This document shows positions 20,819 through 30,420 of a stretch of 64,000 bases of DNA, in pieces. Origin of the DNA: Candidatus Latescibacterota bacterium. Lineage in GTDB: Bacteria; Latescibacterota; UBA2968; GCA-2709665. The notes beneath the pieces were generated by a model. It saw nothing but the letters and a program-made list of their open reading frames with translations, did no database searches and was not told the DNA's origin. Within the stretch, counting starts at the first letter, position 1. Every line of letters begins with the position of its first letter. Both the position numbers and the translations under genes were made by a program. The stretch is from assembly GCA_965203805.1 (NCBI GenBank), contig OZ241917.1:1280001-1344000 (forward strand), in the 5' to 3' direction.

Positions 20819-21160
20819 TTACCCGCCCTTGGGATCCTGGCGTTCGACAGCGGCCGCTGCCTCGGCTTCGGCCCTTGCCCTGGCCCGGTCGTACAGCTCC
20901 TCTCGAGACAGGTTGTCGGCGGCCCTGAATCCGGGTGAAGTGGTGCGAATTTTCTCAATGACCTCGCTCAACATCCTGCGCCGACGCTTGGCCTCTGGCT
21001 CCGTGACCGTCCCGTTGTCGGCTGCGCCGCCTGCGCGGTCCGATGCCAGACTCTTCAGGTAGTCTCGCACGAGGGCCGATACCGACGTGTCCAATTCTGC
21101 CGCACGGATGCGCGCGAGCCGATGTGTCTCTTCGTCGACGGATACGGTGATATTTCTCAT
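20819..21160 (-). CDS. RHH-type antitoxin (VapB-like)
   Basis: MRNITVSVDEETHRLARIRAAELDTSVSALVRDYL...LSREELYDR directly upstream of PIN gene. Confidence 0.85.
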   Translation of the reverse strand: MRNITVSVDEETHRLARIRAAELDTSVSALVRDYLKSLASDRAGGAADNGTVTEPEAKRRRRMLSEVIEKIRTTSPGFRAADNLSREELYDRARARAEAEAAAAVERQDPKGG

Positions 21161-21797
21161 AGTCACAGCCTCACAGTTTCTGTGTATCACAATATACGCA
21201 TTAGCCGGCCGAATACCCGCGACCAGGCGGGCGGCCATCCTGATCGGCGCTGTCGATCAGGTCTCCGTTGGCCAACCCGTCCCACCCTTTTTCTGCCGCC
21301 GTATCGACTGAGTGTGCGGGGAATTCCCGCCTGAGGGGCCTGGGCGTACCGTGATCAAACAGTATCTTCAAGGCTGCTCACCGGCACGGGCGCCTTCAGG
21401 GAGTCTGCCACGTATTGCAGGACGGCTCTCACCTTCCATTCGTCGACGGGCGCGAACCACTCCATGAACTCCTTGATGGTGGCACCGGCCTCCAGGTTCT
21501 CAAACAGGGCCGATACGGGCAGTCTACTGTCGGTGAAGAGCCAGGCACCGCTGACCTTGCCAGGGATTCGCTCCACCCCAGGGCACTTCGACCAATCAAT
21601 CATGTCCTCTCCTCCTCTGCAACTGGGTACTCTTCTGCCGATTCTTCGGCGTCCGCCAGGCGTCTGTGGTCAAACTGTAACCGTGCAGTGGTTCACCACA
21701 ATCGAATTCGTCGCCGTTGCCGGTGGGGCTGCTCGTCGACGGATACGGTGATGTTCTTTATAGTCACAGTCTCACAGTTTCTGTGTGTCACAATATA
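21132..21797. repeat. 65-bp direct repeat (21132-21196 and 21733-21797): antitoxin upstream region plus 5' end; second copy is a relic (ATG>ATA)
   Basis: TCGTCGACGGATACGGTGAT...AGTCACAG.CTCACAGTTTCTGTGT.TCACAATATA in both; TCACAG/CTGTG repeats resemble an RHH operator. Confidence 0.85.
21355..21603 (-). CDS. DUF433 domain protein
   Basis: MIDWSKCPGVERIPGKVSGAWLF..RLPVSALFENLEAGATI.EF.EWF. Confidence 0.9.
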   Translation of the reverse strand: MIDWSKCPGVERIPGKVSGAWLFTDSRLPVSALFENLEAGATIKEFMEWFAPVDEWKVRAVLQYVADSLKAPVPVSSLEDTV

Positions 21798-21959
21798 GCC
21801 AACAATCGGTCGATGGGCAACGACTGCGGCAGCAGTCTGCTGGTCTTTATCGCTCGTTTTCGGCTAATTCTACCAGGTCGCCGCGGTACCTAAAGTCATA
21901 GTTGTGGTGTTCGCGACTAATCCACCGAGAAACCCATCACACCAGCGAACAGATGCGGC

Positions 21960-22562
21960 TCAAGAGTTCCTTCTCCGCATCCGCCTACCCAGGTCGTATT
22001 CACATCCACCCCGCCTATCGAAGGTTACATTCACAAGAAACTCAAGGTTTCGGGGAGTGAGTTTTCCCCAAGGCACGACTGAAACGTGCGCCTTAGGTGC
22101 AAGTAGATTATCAATTATTCGATCGGGCAAATGGGGATATCTCATTTCATATTCGGCGCGGTTGTCGATTGTCCCCCAAGATCCTATATCCGGATGGATT
22201 AGGCGTTTTTCCTCATCACCATGTGCTGCAGTGACGTATGTACATTGGGTGGAAGGCAAGTTGACAACAAGGATTCCAGACTTTTTGTTCCTGACGCCAT
22301 CAAACATGCTTGAGTACAGCTCCCAATCGATGTGTTTCCGCCACTTCGTTTCCGTACCGACGAGAAGAATTGTAACGGTTGAGTCTCGTAGATAATCATC
22401 ACGTATCTTCTCGCGTATTGTCTCATCGCTCAACTCTTCGGAGATGTCCCCGCTATCTACGGATCTATCGATGAAAACGCCAAAGTTCGTACCCATCTCA
22501 ATCAAACCATTCTTATAGGCTTGGTCGTTCTCGTGATGATAGCTGACAAACACTTTATGCAT
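21960..22562 (-). CDS. TIR domain protein (Thoeris ThsB-like / DUF1863)
   Basis: KVFVSYHH..DQ.YK, IRDDYLRDSTVTILLVG.ET..RKHIDWEL with catalytic Glu. Confidence 0.9.
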   Translation of the reverse strand: MHKVFVSYHHENDQAYKNGLIEMGTNFGVFIDRSVDSGDISEELSDETIREKIRDDYLRDSTVTILLVGTETKWRKHIDWELYSSMFDGVRNKKSGILVVNLPSTQCTYVTAAHGDEEKRLIHPDIGSWGTIDNRAEYEMRYPHLPDRIIDNLLAPKAHVSVVPWGKLTPRNLEFLVNVTFDRRGGCEYDLGRRMRRRNS

Positions 22563-23064
22563 AAGTTCGATCCCTTTCTGAGAAAGATTCTATCAAAATC
22601 CGCTGCGCCGTACAGGCCTTGCCTTCATCGGTTTGTGAATTTAGGCAAAAGGCGACTATCCCGATGACACAGATAAGCAGGAAGCCTAAAGGCATCAGCA
22701 GCCCAGTGTATTTCCGCCTAAAAAATCGACGTTTCTCAAATTCCTCCGTCTCGCGACCGAGAAAGTTGTATGGCAGGTCTTTTTCCAAAGTCACAAGTAC
22801 TTTGTGCTTTGCAGCCAGCCGGCCCGTCACGGAATGCAGCGAAAACATCCAGGAGAGGGATACAAGAATCCCCAACAGATACAGTACCCAGATCGTCTCA
22901 GTGCCCGGCGCCAGCTTGTGAAGGAGTACCGATGCTGCGACTATACTGGTGACCATTCCTGAATATAGCTTGTTCAAGCTCTCTCGAAGCGAAGCTACTC
23001 GTTCCGCAAGTTCGGCGTGGAGCTTATACGTCTCAAGCAACAATTTTCTATTGTCACCACTCAT
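22555..23064 (-). CDS. Three-TM membrane protein resembling RipA-family pore-forming proteins
   Basis: LETYKLHAELAERVASLRESLNKLY, two TMs, AKHKVLVTLEKDLP, third TM; overlaps TIR start. Confidence 0.6.
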   Translation of the reverse strand: MSGDNRKLLLETYKLHAELAERVASLRESLNKLYSGMVTSIVAASVLLHKLAPGTETIWVLYLLGILVSLSWMFSLHSVTGRLAAKHKVLVTLEKDLPYNFLGRETEEFEKRRFFRRKYTGLLMPLGFLLICVIGIVAFCLNSQTDEGKACTAQRILIESFSERDRTYA

Positions 23065-23207
23065 GCGGACTCCCTTCGCACACAGATCGGATCCAGTACC
23101 CGCTTGCACGAGAATGTTGCAACCGTGACGTCGACAGCGCATTGCGAGGGTATAACCTACAATCGCAAATCTACGTCAAAGGTCCCACACGAAGCTTTTT
23201 AAACAGC

Positions 23208-23678
23208 CTACAAGACATTCTCGCAAATCCACTCGTCTAATTCGCCCCGATCACGCAACCGCTCCAGAGCTCTCACTACCGTCGGCGAATTGTTAACCCA
23301 GTTATACATGATTCTTGCACGAGGCTTCTGCATGGCGTGTGCCCCGCCAATTTCGTAACCGATCCACATTGAAACCGCGATCGCAGCAGTCACGTTGACC
23401 AAGAAACCGTCACTATCGAGGATCGTGGTCATGATGTAGTCCGGTAATTCGTCTGAGTCCGTGTCGACATTATCGTCCCACTCAGCCATGTAAACCATGA
23501 CCCTGTGCGTGTTTACGATATATTCTGCTTCTCGTTCGGCCTTCCAATCGTCGGTTTTGTGAGACATGAAGACCAACCTGCTTTCAGGCGTCCTTTCGAG
23601 CACCAAATGCTCTGCAAAGACCTGTGAAACGGTTTCAGGGCGATGGAACCTTACCAATTTGTTGAATCTAAGTGCCAT
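23208..23678 (-). CDS. TIR-like domain protein (paralog A)
   Basis: VFMSHKTDD...I.DSDGFLV...SMWIGYEIGGA.AMQKP. Confidence 0.8.
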   Translation of the reverse strand: MALRFNKLVRFHRPETVSQVFAEHLVLERTPESRLVFMSHKTDDWKAEREAEYIVNTHRVMVYMAEWDDNVDTDSDELPDYIMTTILDSDGFLVNVTAAIAVSMWIGYEIGGAHAMQKPRARIMYNWVNNSPTVVRALERLRDRGELDEWICENVL

Positions 23679-23852
23679 AACTTTGTACACCAGAATCGAA
23701 GTTGAAGCACCAGCCCGTCCTGACGAAACGGTTGCTTTGCGCCCTAAGCAGTTCGCTTACTATACGCAATGAAACGTGAAATCGTCAGCATAGTCAGTAA
23801 TATCCAATTGCCAAGAGATGTTCGAGTGCTTGTACTTAGCCACCCGAACGAC

Positions 23853-24323
23853 TTATAGAATATTCTTCAAGATCCAATGGTCTACCTCGTACCGATTGCG
23901 CAACCGCTCCAGAGCATTCACTACAGACGGCAGACCCGCTATCGAGTCGTACATGATCTTAGCACGAGGCTTCTGCATCGCATGTGCCCCACCAATCTCG
24001 TAACCAATCCACATTGAAATCCTGATCGCAGCGATTACATTGACCAGAAATCCGTCACATTTGCGGATGGCATTCATAATGTAATCCGGCAATTCGTCCG
24101 AATCATCCTCAACATTGTCGTCCCATTCGGCCATGTAAACCATCACACCGGGCAAGAGCACGATGCGCCTTGCTTCCCGCTCGGCTTGCCAATCGCCGGT
24201 CTTGTGAGACATGAACACGATTTTATCGGTAGCGGCCTTAGTGCGTACTACCTGTTCGGCCAAATACCGGGTGTCGATTTCAGCGTGATCTCGTCGAACC
24301 AATCTGTTGAATCTAACCGCCAT
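23853..24323 (-). CDS. TIR-like domain protein (paralog B)
   Basis: Same length (156 aa) and motifs as paralog A. Confidence 0.8.
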   Translation of the reverse strand: MAVRFNRLVRRDHAEIDTRYLAEQVVRTKAATDKIVFMSHKTGDWQAEREARRIVLLPGVMVYMAEWDDNVEDDSDELPDYIMNAIRKCDGFLVNVIAAIRISMWIGYEIGGAHAMQKPRAKIMYDSIAGLPSVVNALERLRNRYEVDHWILKNIL

Positions 24324-24738
24324 AAGAATGAACCTCGAATTCGTCGGTGTTGAGCCCGCGATTTTCAAGTTTGCACTGCTGTCCGAAGGTAATGCAGGAT
24401 CTCACCCCAACCGAAGGTCCGTAATTTCCCAAAGTCAGCTCAATTACCCATCACTGTATTGCGTGATCGAAAGTAATCGATCGGTTGTGCGCCGTAATAG
24501 GGATTACTGAAATCAATCCATTACCGGTGGCGAGACATTCGCCATCGAATTTGGGCTGCCCTCCAAGTATTAGGTCAGTTGTAATCGTGTAACTTGGAAA
24601 CAGAACTTACGACAACTCCAAGTTGCGAACATACCCGCCGAAACCATCGGTAGCTTCGCGAAAATTCCAATCTGCGGTGTCGCTGTTGGTCACGCTATCT
24701 CTGTTCCGCATTCAGATCGGGAATTCACCAAATTCGCT

Positions 24739-24967
24739 TCAGGTTCGGATTGGCGTTCTGAGATGGTCAGCTTCGTGTTTCAGTACGACCGGGACCTGCC
24801 ACGGCCTCACTTCGGTGAACCACTCGAGGAACTGACTCAATGGTGGCCCCGCTCTCTCGGTCTTCAAAAAGAGCCACTACCGGCAACTTTTTTTCGGTGA
24901 ACGCAATGGCTCCGCCGATCTTCCTGTCATTTCGTTCGACTGCCAAGAAGTTGCTTCAGTCGGTCAT
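24739..24967 (-). pseudogene. DUF433 pseudogene
   Basis: MTD*SNFLAVERNDRKIGGAIAFTEKKLPVVALFEDRESGATI / QFLEWF..: premature stop and frameshift; homologous to 21355-21603. Confidence 0.8.
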
Positions 24968-26418
24968 ACGGTCATTTCGTCTTCGGCTGCGTACTCTTCT
25001 GCCGATTCCTCGGCGTCGGTGTAGTCGTCTTTGGGAAGCGTGTCGAGTTCCGGAAGTTCGGCCGCCGCTTCGCGCACGTCAAGCTTGCCGGTGACGACAT
25101 CGGCGATCAGGCGGGTGCGGTACTCTTGGATTAAGTCGATTTCTCGTTTTAACCGACCAATCGCATAATCCAGGCTGTTCGTTTTCTCAGAGATTACGTC
25201 AAGTATGGCTGCTTGCACTTCCAGAACTGGAAGAAAAACCGGAAATCTGCGCAGTGTGCTGCTATTGGTGGAGGCGAGGTTCGTCGTCTGCTTTGCTGTT
25301 AATTCGAAATATGTCCGTCCGTGTATCGACCCCATGAGTCCAACAAGAAATTCTGGGCTAAGGAGTCCTCGCTTACAACGCACCGCAAAGATGTGATTCT
25401 GGTGTAAACATCCAGGAATCTCATCTCGCCATACACATCCACGCCCGAGTTTGTCGATATCTCCACCTTCTGTCATCAGAACATCCCCCGTCAACACGGT
25501 GCTCCGATTCGCCTCATTCAGCGGCACACTGATAGACTTGATGTTTGTCAGGTCCAAACATCCTGCCTGAACATTAGCGACGCGTAAGTATGGTCGAGAT
25601 ATTGTTCGCGTACTACTGTAGTCCTTGCCCAACGTTAGACCTGTTTGAACCTGCGCTACATCCTTGAGACGGTGAAGTTGCCAATCCTCCGGCACCTGTC
25701 CTAGCCACTTCACACCTGACGGCTTGTAAGCCGGGTAGGGCTTTCCGGTTCGGACGTCGATCTGGCCTGTGACGGCCTGATGGATGATAGCCTGTTTCTG
25801 CTCCTCCAGCAGCGAAATCAGCCTCTGTTTGGCGCGGATGTAGCGCTGGATGCGCCGGTCGGCGTGGTCGAGGAAGCGGACGATGGCGGTTTGTTCGGCG
25901 AGGGGAGGGACACATGTGTAAATCATCTTGAAGTGTTCAGGACGCAGACTCCACATATCCGACGTAATGCCATAAGACCATCGCTCAGTCTCCTTTGCGA
26001 ATCCGGGCGTCCGGAACAGAAAATGGACGAAGTCAGAATCAACGCCATCGCGTGGACGTTGTACGATGTAGGCCGGACTTACGATGCCTTGGTAATCAGA
26101 AGCTCCGAAGGCGCCCTGCCAGGCTCGCATTTTGTTATATGCTATGTATCCGGGCCGGACCAATTTGTAGGCAGACTTATCCAGGTTCGAACCGTCTTTC
26201 TTTGTGCTGTCCTCCAGAAGCTGATTCTGAAGGATGACTCCCCGTTTGATCGTTACGGAGAGCATCGGTTCCTCTGGATGATCACGTTCCTTCACTTCTT
26301 CAAAGAGTGTGCGATTAGGTAAAACCTCCCAGTGGGACGGAACTTTACCCAACCACTTTACTCCGGAATCCTTCATTTTGGGATACGGCCACAATTCGTT
26401 GGTTTTCGAAAACTGCAT
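24964..26418 (-). CDS. hsdS: Type I restriction-modification specificity subunit
   Basis: Two TRDs, repeated YP..K.SGVKWLG.VP..W, PPLAEQTAIVRFLD, EYRTRLIADVVTGKLDVR. Confidence 0.96.
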   Translation of the reverse strand: MQFSKTNELWPYPKMKDSGVKWLGKVPSHWEVLPNRTLFEEVKERDHPEEPMLSVTIKRGVILQNQLLEDSTKKDGSNLDKSAYKLVRPGYIAYNKMRAWQGAFGASDYQGIVSPAYIVQRPRDGVDSDFVHFLFRTPGFAKETERWSYGITSDMWSLRPEHFKMIYTCVPPLAEQTAIVRFLDHADRRIQRYIRAKQRLISLLEEQKQAIIHQAVTGQIDVRTGKPYPAYKPSGVKWLGQVPEDWQLHRLKDVAQVQTGLTLGKDYSSTRTISRPYLRVANVQAGCLDLTNIKSISVPLNEANRSTVLTGDVLMTEGGDIDKLGRGCVWRDEIPGCLHQNHIFAVRCKRGLLSPEFLVGLMGSIHGRTYFELTAKQTTNLASTNSSTLRRFPVFLPVLEVQAAILDVISEKTNSLDYAIGRLKREIDLIQEYRTRLIADVVTGKLDVREAAAELPELDTLPKDDYTDAEESAEEYAAEDEMTV

Positions 26419-26701
26419 GCCAAGCGATCCTCGTCGGAATCTCCTGCATCATTCGGTATAACAACGATATTAAGCGTCACAAATGAAATACCTGGTTGTT
26501 CTCCCTCGATTAGGCCGGCAGGTTTTCCACGAACTGCTTGAAATTCGGTACTTTTTACACTACCGCATACAGGTCCTTTGAGAACTGCGCCTCCGGACAG
26601 CTTTCCGACCACGACGTTTCAGAACGGTGAGAAATTCGTGATCGACTTATGGTTTCTCGGCCCAGTGTTCCTTCTTCGCCAGTCGCCAAATCGCTTACCG
26701 T

Positions 26702-27085
26702 CTATCGAGCAGCGATGTCATCCAGCTTTGCGTTGATCGTCTTCCATCTCCATGGGATCGGGTCTTCAAGCGAGGATAGCCCACTATACGGCCTATCCTG
26801 AGCCACGATTTGGATGGTAGGCTTGCTGAGGCTGCGGGCTAACTCCGTTTCGACGATGACGCCGGGAGCGTTGTGCGTGTCTTGACCGATCAGGACGACT
26901 ACTACGTCACACTCTGCGATGGCCTTTTTCGCCTGGTTCTTCCAGTCTTCATCCGGGTACGCCTCATTGAGAGAGCAGTTGTGTACGCGATGTTGGGTAT
27001 GTTCTTTTGCCTGTTCGAAGAAGCTATTCTTGAGGTCGTGGTCTTTATCAAACTCAAAACTCACAAAAATGCTGAGACGCGGCAT
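26702..27085 (-). CDS. Minimal TIR domain protein (ThsB-like / DUF1863)
   Basis: IFVSFEFDKD...I.ECDVVVVLIGQDTHNAPGV.VE.ELA..L.KP. Confidence 0.85.
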   Translation of the reverse strand: MPRLSIFVSFEFDKDHDLKNSFFEQAKEHTQHRVHNCSLNEAYPDEDWKNQAKKAIAECDVVVVLIGQDTHNAPGVIVETELARSLSKPTIQIVAQDRPYSGLSSLEDPIPWRWKTINAKLDDIAAR

Positions 27086-27160
27086 AAGCTCTACCCTCCT
27101 CTGAATTTAAATTTGAATCGGATTTTCTCGGCGGCGTTCGAATGGATTTGTCGGGAGGTA

Positions 27161-27331
27161 CTAAGGTGCTTTTATGGTGTAAAAGCTATCGATTGCCTGA
27201 TTCTTCGCCTTGCGGCTATATACGTGTGTGTCATCCTGCGTATGGATGCCAAAACCGGAGGTGCTTGCTGAATAACCCCTGTCTACTTCATCTTCGCTGG
27301 TTTCAATAATGATCCCGGTGCTGGTCGTCAC
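27161..27331 (-). pseudogene. Degenerate HicB-like antitoxin
   Basis: IIIETSEDEVDRGYSAS..GFGIHTQDDT resembles the HicB-like GYSA.ALG.GIHTQGDT pattern; truncated. Confidence 0.5.
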
Positions 27332-27360
27332 TCGCTCTTGCACTTTCGTTTCCCTTCGGG

Positions 27361-27576
27361 TCAGCCGTCGCGACGGTCTGTTGGCCTGTTCTGTGTCGAA
27401 TTGCGAATCCGCGCGGCCATCGCTTCCAGCACGGGGTCGGAATACCGCCTGGAATTGAACCACTCCACCGTTTCCTCTGCTGTCATGTCGGCGGTTTCGG
27501 CAGTAATGCGGGCGCGGGCCTTGCGCATGAACTCGACACAGTCGAAATTCTTCTTGCGGCGGGGCTCTTCAGTCAT
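27361..27576 (-). CDS. Small FDC-motif protein (putative PIN-associated antitoxin)
   Basis: KKNFDCVEFMRKARARITAETADMT; near-duplicate of 30421-30636. Confidence 0.7.
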   Translation of the reverse strand: MTEEPRRKKNFDCVEFMRKARARITAETADMTAEETVEWFNSRRYSDPVLEAMAARIRNSTQNRPTDRRDG

Positions 27577-27726
27577 GGACGATTTCCTCGGGCGCGCAAA
27601 TGTCGATAGCACCGAATCCATTCTGACAATTGACCTCGTTGCAGGCCCTGATGCCATGCCAGTTCACCATCTGTCTGAAGCTCCAGCTTGCGCTGAAAGC
27701 CTCCACTCCCTTCCCGATCTTCATCA

Positions 27727-27963
27727 TCAATCGCCCTCGGCGCCGGATCGTCCGACGTCGCTTGCCCTATCGTCCTGCCAGGGTCGCACAACCCTGGACT
27801 TCGGAATGCGAGCGAAGAATGGATCTTTTCGGACAGCCGCATTGAGCCGCCGACGCCGCTCTTCCGGTGACATCCCCACCAGTTCCGCGTTGATCCTGTC
27901 CCGGACCTCGCGCGTCCACTTTACGCAGTCGAAAGCCCTTGCGCTGCTCTCACTATTCTTCAT
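27727..27963 (-). CDS. Small FDC-motif protein (putative antitoxin)
   Basis: AFDCVKWTREVRDRINAELVGMSPEER; overlaps end of PIN relic. Confidence 0.7.
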   Translation of the reverse strand: MKNSESSARAFDCVKWTREVRDRINAELVGMSPEERRRRLNAAVRKDPFFARIPKSRVVRPWQDDRASDVGRSGAEGD

Positions 27964-28111
27964 TTACATGCTCCGTCGGGCTGCGCATGTCCACCGGTGG
28001 GTATCCCATGCGCCGGTTCACCGCGTTGTACATCCTGATTCGCCACAGGTTCACCATGTGCCTGAAGTTCCAGCCTGTCGCCATCCGTAGCGGTGACGCG
28101 TGCGTATTCAT
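27953..28111 (-). pseudogene. Internally deleted PIN toxin relic
   Basis: WNFRHMVNLWRIRMYNAVNRRMGY matches the PIN C-terminus fused to HsdM (WNFRHMVNWRRNRLYNAVNRQMGY). Confidence 0.8.
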
Positions 28112-28259
28112 GACCGTCTGCCATCTCCAATAATCTCGTCTAACAACCCTTCGGTCTCCCTCTCAAGCGCCACGATGTCAGCCCGTATTTCTTCCAACGT
28201 CCGCATCGGCTGGGGTTTGTAGAAGTATCGCGTGAAGCTGATTTCATAGCCGATCTTGA
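28108..28259 (-). pseudogene. Duplicated hsdM 3' end with its own stop codon
   Basis: KIGYEISFTRYFYKPQPMRTLEEIRADIVALERETEGLLDEIIGDGRRS*; homologous to 31596-31710. Confidence 0.9.
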
Positions 28260-28920
28260 GGGTGGTCAGGTCCCAGGTGTGAGCAGCAGAGGCCAGACCC
28301 GGGCGTGGTCAGAATTCATGGGTCTGAGTTAGCCATGACTTCCTTGTGTTCTACAGGTATTCAACATGCCCGGCCATCTCTTCGGCTTCCAAAACCTGAT
28401 AGATCAACATCAAGCCACGAATTATCTCACCAACCGTGTTTTCTTGAGACGTGTAGACAATTCCTCTGTGGTCAGGTACAATTGCTGCAAGACGAAGAAA
28501 GTCATCGTCCTGCGTGAAGATGACTCGTTCTGTTTCCCTGGCAATTCCAAGGATTACCTCGTCTGACGCACCAAGATTCCCGGCTTCGGCAACAGTCAGT
28601 ACGTCCACGCCTCTCCGACGGAGCCCCATTACAATTGCTCTGGAGACATTCTCATGGAAGCTCTGATTAAGTTACCTATTGGCACGCCATGCAGAAAGTC
28701 GTAGAATTGGAGCGTGAGCCGTCGTGTTGTGATTTCTGATGGATCGACATAGAACGAGGGGCCCAGGGATGAAACAAATGAGTTTTTCGGATCTGGCGTA
28801 CAGGACGAAGAAGAAGCAGACGCGCAGGGAACGTTTTCTGAAAGAGATGGATGCGGTGTTGCCGTGGGAGATACTGCTTAAATCGATTGAGAGGAAGTAT
28901 CCGAAACCTGGCAACGGTCG

Positions 28921-28947
28921 CCTGCCTGCCGAGTCGGCGCAGGCAGG
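28921..28947. repeat. CCTGCCTG hairpin mini-insertion 1 (27 bp)
   Basis: CCTGCCTGCCGAGTCGGCGCAGGCAGG; removal restores GNGRRPIG. Confidence 0.92.
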
Positions 28948-29057
28948 TCGTCCGATCGGTGCGGAGGTGATGCTGCGTATCTACTTTATGCAACAATGGT
29001 ATGGATTGAGCGATCCGGGAATGGAAGACAGTCTCTACGACGTGGAGTCGATGCGTC

Positions 29058-29076
29058 CCTGCCTGCTGCAGGCAGG
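29058..29076. repeat. CCTGCCTG hairpin mini-insertion 2 (19 bp)
   Basis: CCTGCCTGCTGCAGGCAGG; removal restores SMRRFAG and the reading frame. Confidence 0.92.
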
Positions 29077-29612
29077 GCTTTGCGGGTGTGAACATCAACG
29101 GCGTACCTGATGAGACGACGATCTGCAAATTCCGTCACTTTCTGGAGCACCATGGGTTGACGGAAGCGTTGTTTCGGCAAACGAAGCGCTACTTGTCCAG
29201 GCGGGGATTGATCGTGAACGAAGGCACGATCGTGGATGCCACGATCATTCACGCGCCTTCTTCGACGAAGAACAAGGATCGGAAACGGGATCCTGAAATG
29301 GCCAGCACGAAGAAGGGCAACACGTGGCATTTCGGCATGAAGGCGCACGTGGGCGCGGATGTGAAGGGACGGGTGCACAGTGTGGTGACCACCCCCGCTT
29401 CGGTGCATGATTCGCAGGCGATGGATGCCTGTCTGCACGGAAAAGAAAAGACCATCTACGGCGACAAGGCCTATGCGGATCAGACGCGAAAAGAACGGGC
29501 CGAAGCCAACGACGTGGAATGGCGAGTGCTTCGCAAGGCCCGCCGGGGCAAGCGGCTCAACTGCGCGGATGTTTCGTTCAACAAGAAGAGCAATCGCACG
29601 CGCGCACGGGTC

Positions 29613-29648
29613 CCTGCCTGTGCGTGCTGTCTCACGCACGCAGACAGG
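29613..29648. repeat. CCTGCCTG hairpin mini-insertion 3 (36 bp)
   Basis: CCTGCCTGTGCGTGCTGTCTCACGCACGCAGACAGG; removal restores RARVEHPF. Confidence 0.92.
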
Positions 29649-29981
29649 GAACATCCCTTTGGGATCATCAAACACCTGTGGGGCTACCGAAAGGTCAGGT
29701 ATCGCGGTCTGGCGAAGAATACGGCGCATCTGTTCACCTTGTTTGCCTTGGCTAACTTCCATATGGCACGTCAGGAACTGGCTACTACATAGGCACCCGT
29801 GCCTCCAATTCGGACGCTGGCGGCCAAAATGGCCGGCACCGAGCGCATCCGGGGCCGGAATCACCCGTGCAAACCCGAAAGATGACGACCCTCTCAACAT
29901 AAACAGCCTCCGAAACGACCCATAAGTTACAACTTGCTCATTCCCTCTGGTTGATCAGAGGTTCCCTCATCGGTCAAAAAC

Positions 29982-30311
29982 TTAATCGTTGCCATGTTGG
30001 GTCGAGTCTTGGATCTTTTGGGAAATCTTCGAAGAAAACTTCTGACGCAAGGAATCTACAAATGCTCGACTCTCCTCAAGCGATCGGTCAATCTCATTCT
30101 GATGATCGAAATAGTAAGCCAGTGCTGCGTATACATCCGCCAGGGAAATGTCGTAATCACTGGCGATTTCGTCGGCGCTCTTGCCCAGGCGCTCGTGCCA
30201 GATGACGATATTCTCGACGGCAATTCGACGACCGACAATGCGCGGTTTGCCACCTGAAATGCCCGGGGTGATCTCAATATGTTGATTCAGGGTTTCCGTT
30301 GTCATTTCCAT
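29982..30311 (-). CDS. DUF433 domain antitoxin
   Basis: IEITPGISGGKPRIVGRRIAV...ADVYAALAYY; upstream of DUF5615. Confidence 0.93.
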   Translation of the reverse strand: MEMTTETLNQHIEITPGISGGKPRIVGRRIAVENIVIWHERLGKSADEIASDYDISLADVYAALAYYFDHQNEIDRSLEESRAFVDSLRQKFSSKISQKIQDSTQHGND

Positions 30312-30420
30312 CTCCTCCTGAGTTCAGCGACCGTCACGGAGCCCTCACGTTCATCGCCGACATCAAAGAAGAACCGGGGTCGGGGCGTCGCCCGCCCTTG
30401 CGCGTCAGTTTCCCTTCGGT

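Larger units (their letters stand above)
28769..29792 (+). pseudogene. IS5 transposase disrupted by three hairpin insertions
   Basis: KQTRRERFL, PDETTI.KFRH, IVDATII, WHFGMKAH, YGDKAY, EHPF..IK; frameshift at the 19-bp insert. Confidence 0.93.
28656..29965 (+). mobile_element. IS5 family insertion sequence (1310 bp)
   Basis: IRs GGAAGCTCTGATTAA / TTGATCAGAGGTTCC flanked by CTCAT direct repeats (28651-55, 29966-70). Confidence 0.95.
28351..29995 (-). pseudogene. DUF5615 PIN-like toxin split by IS5
   Basis: MATIKFLTDE (29966-29995) joins NVSRAIVMGLRRRGVDVLT...VIFTQDDDFL (28351-28650) once the IS and one target copy are removed. Confidence 0.9.
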
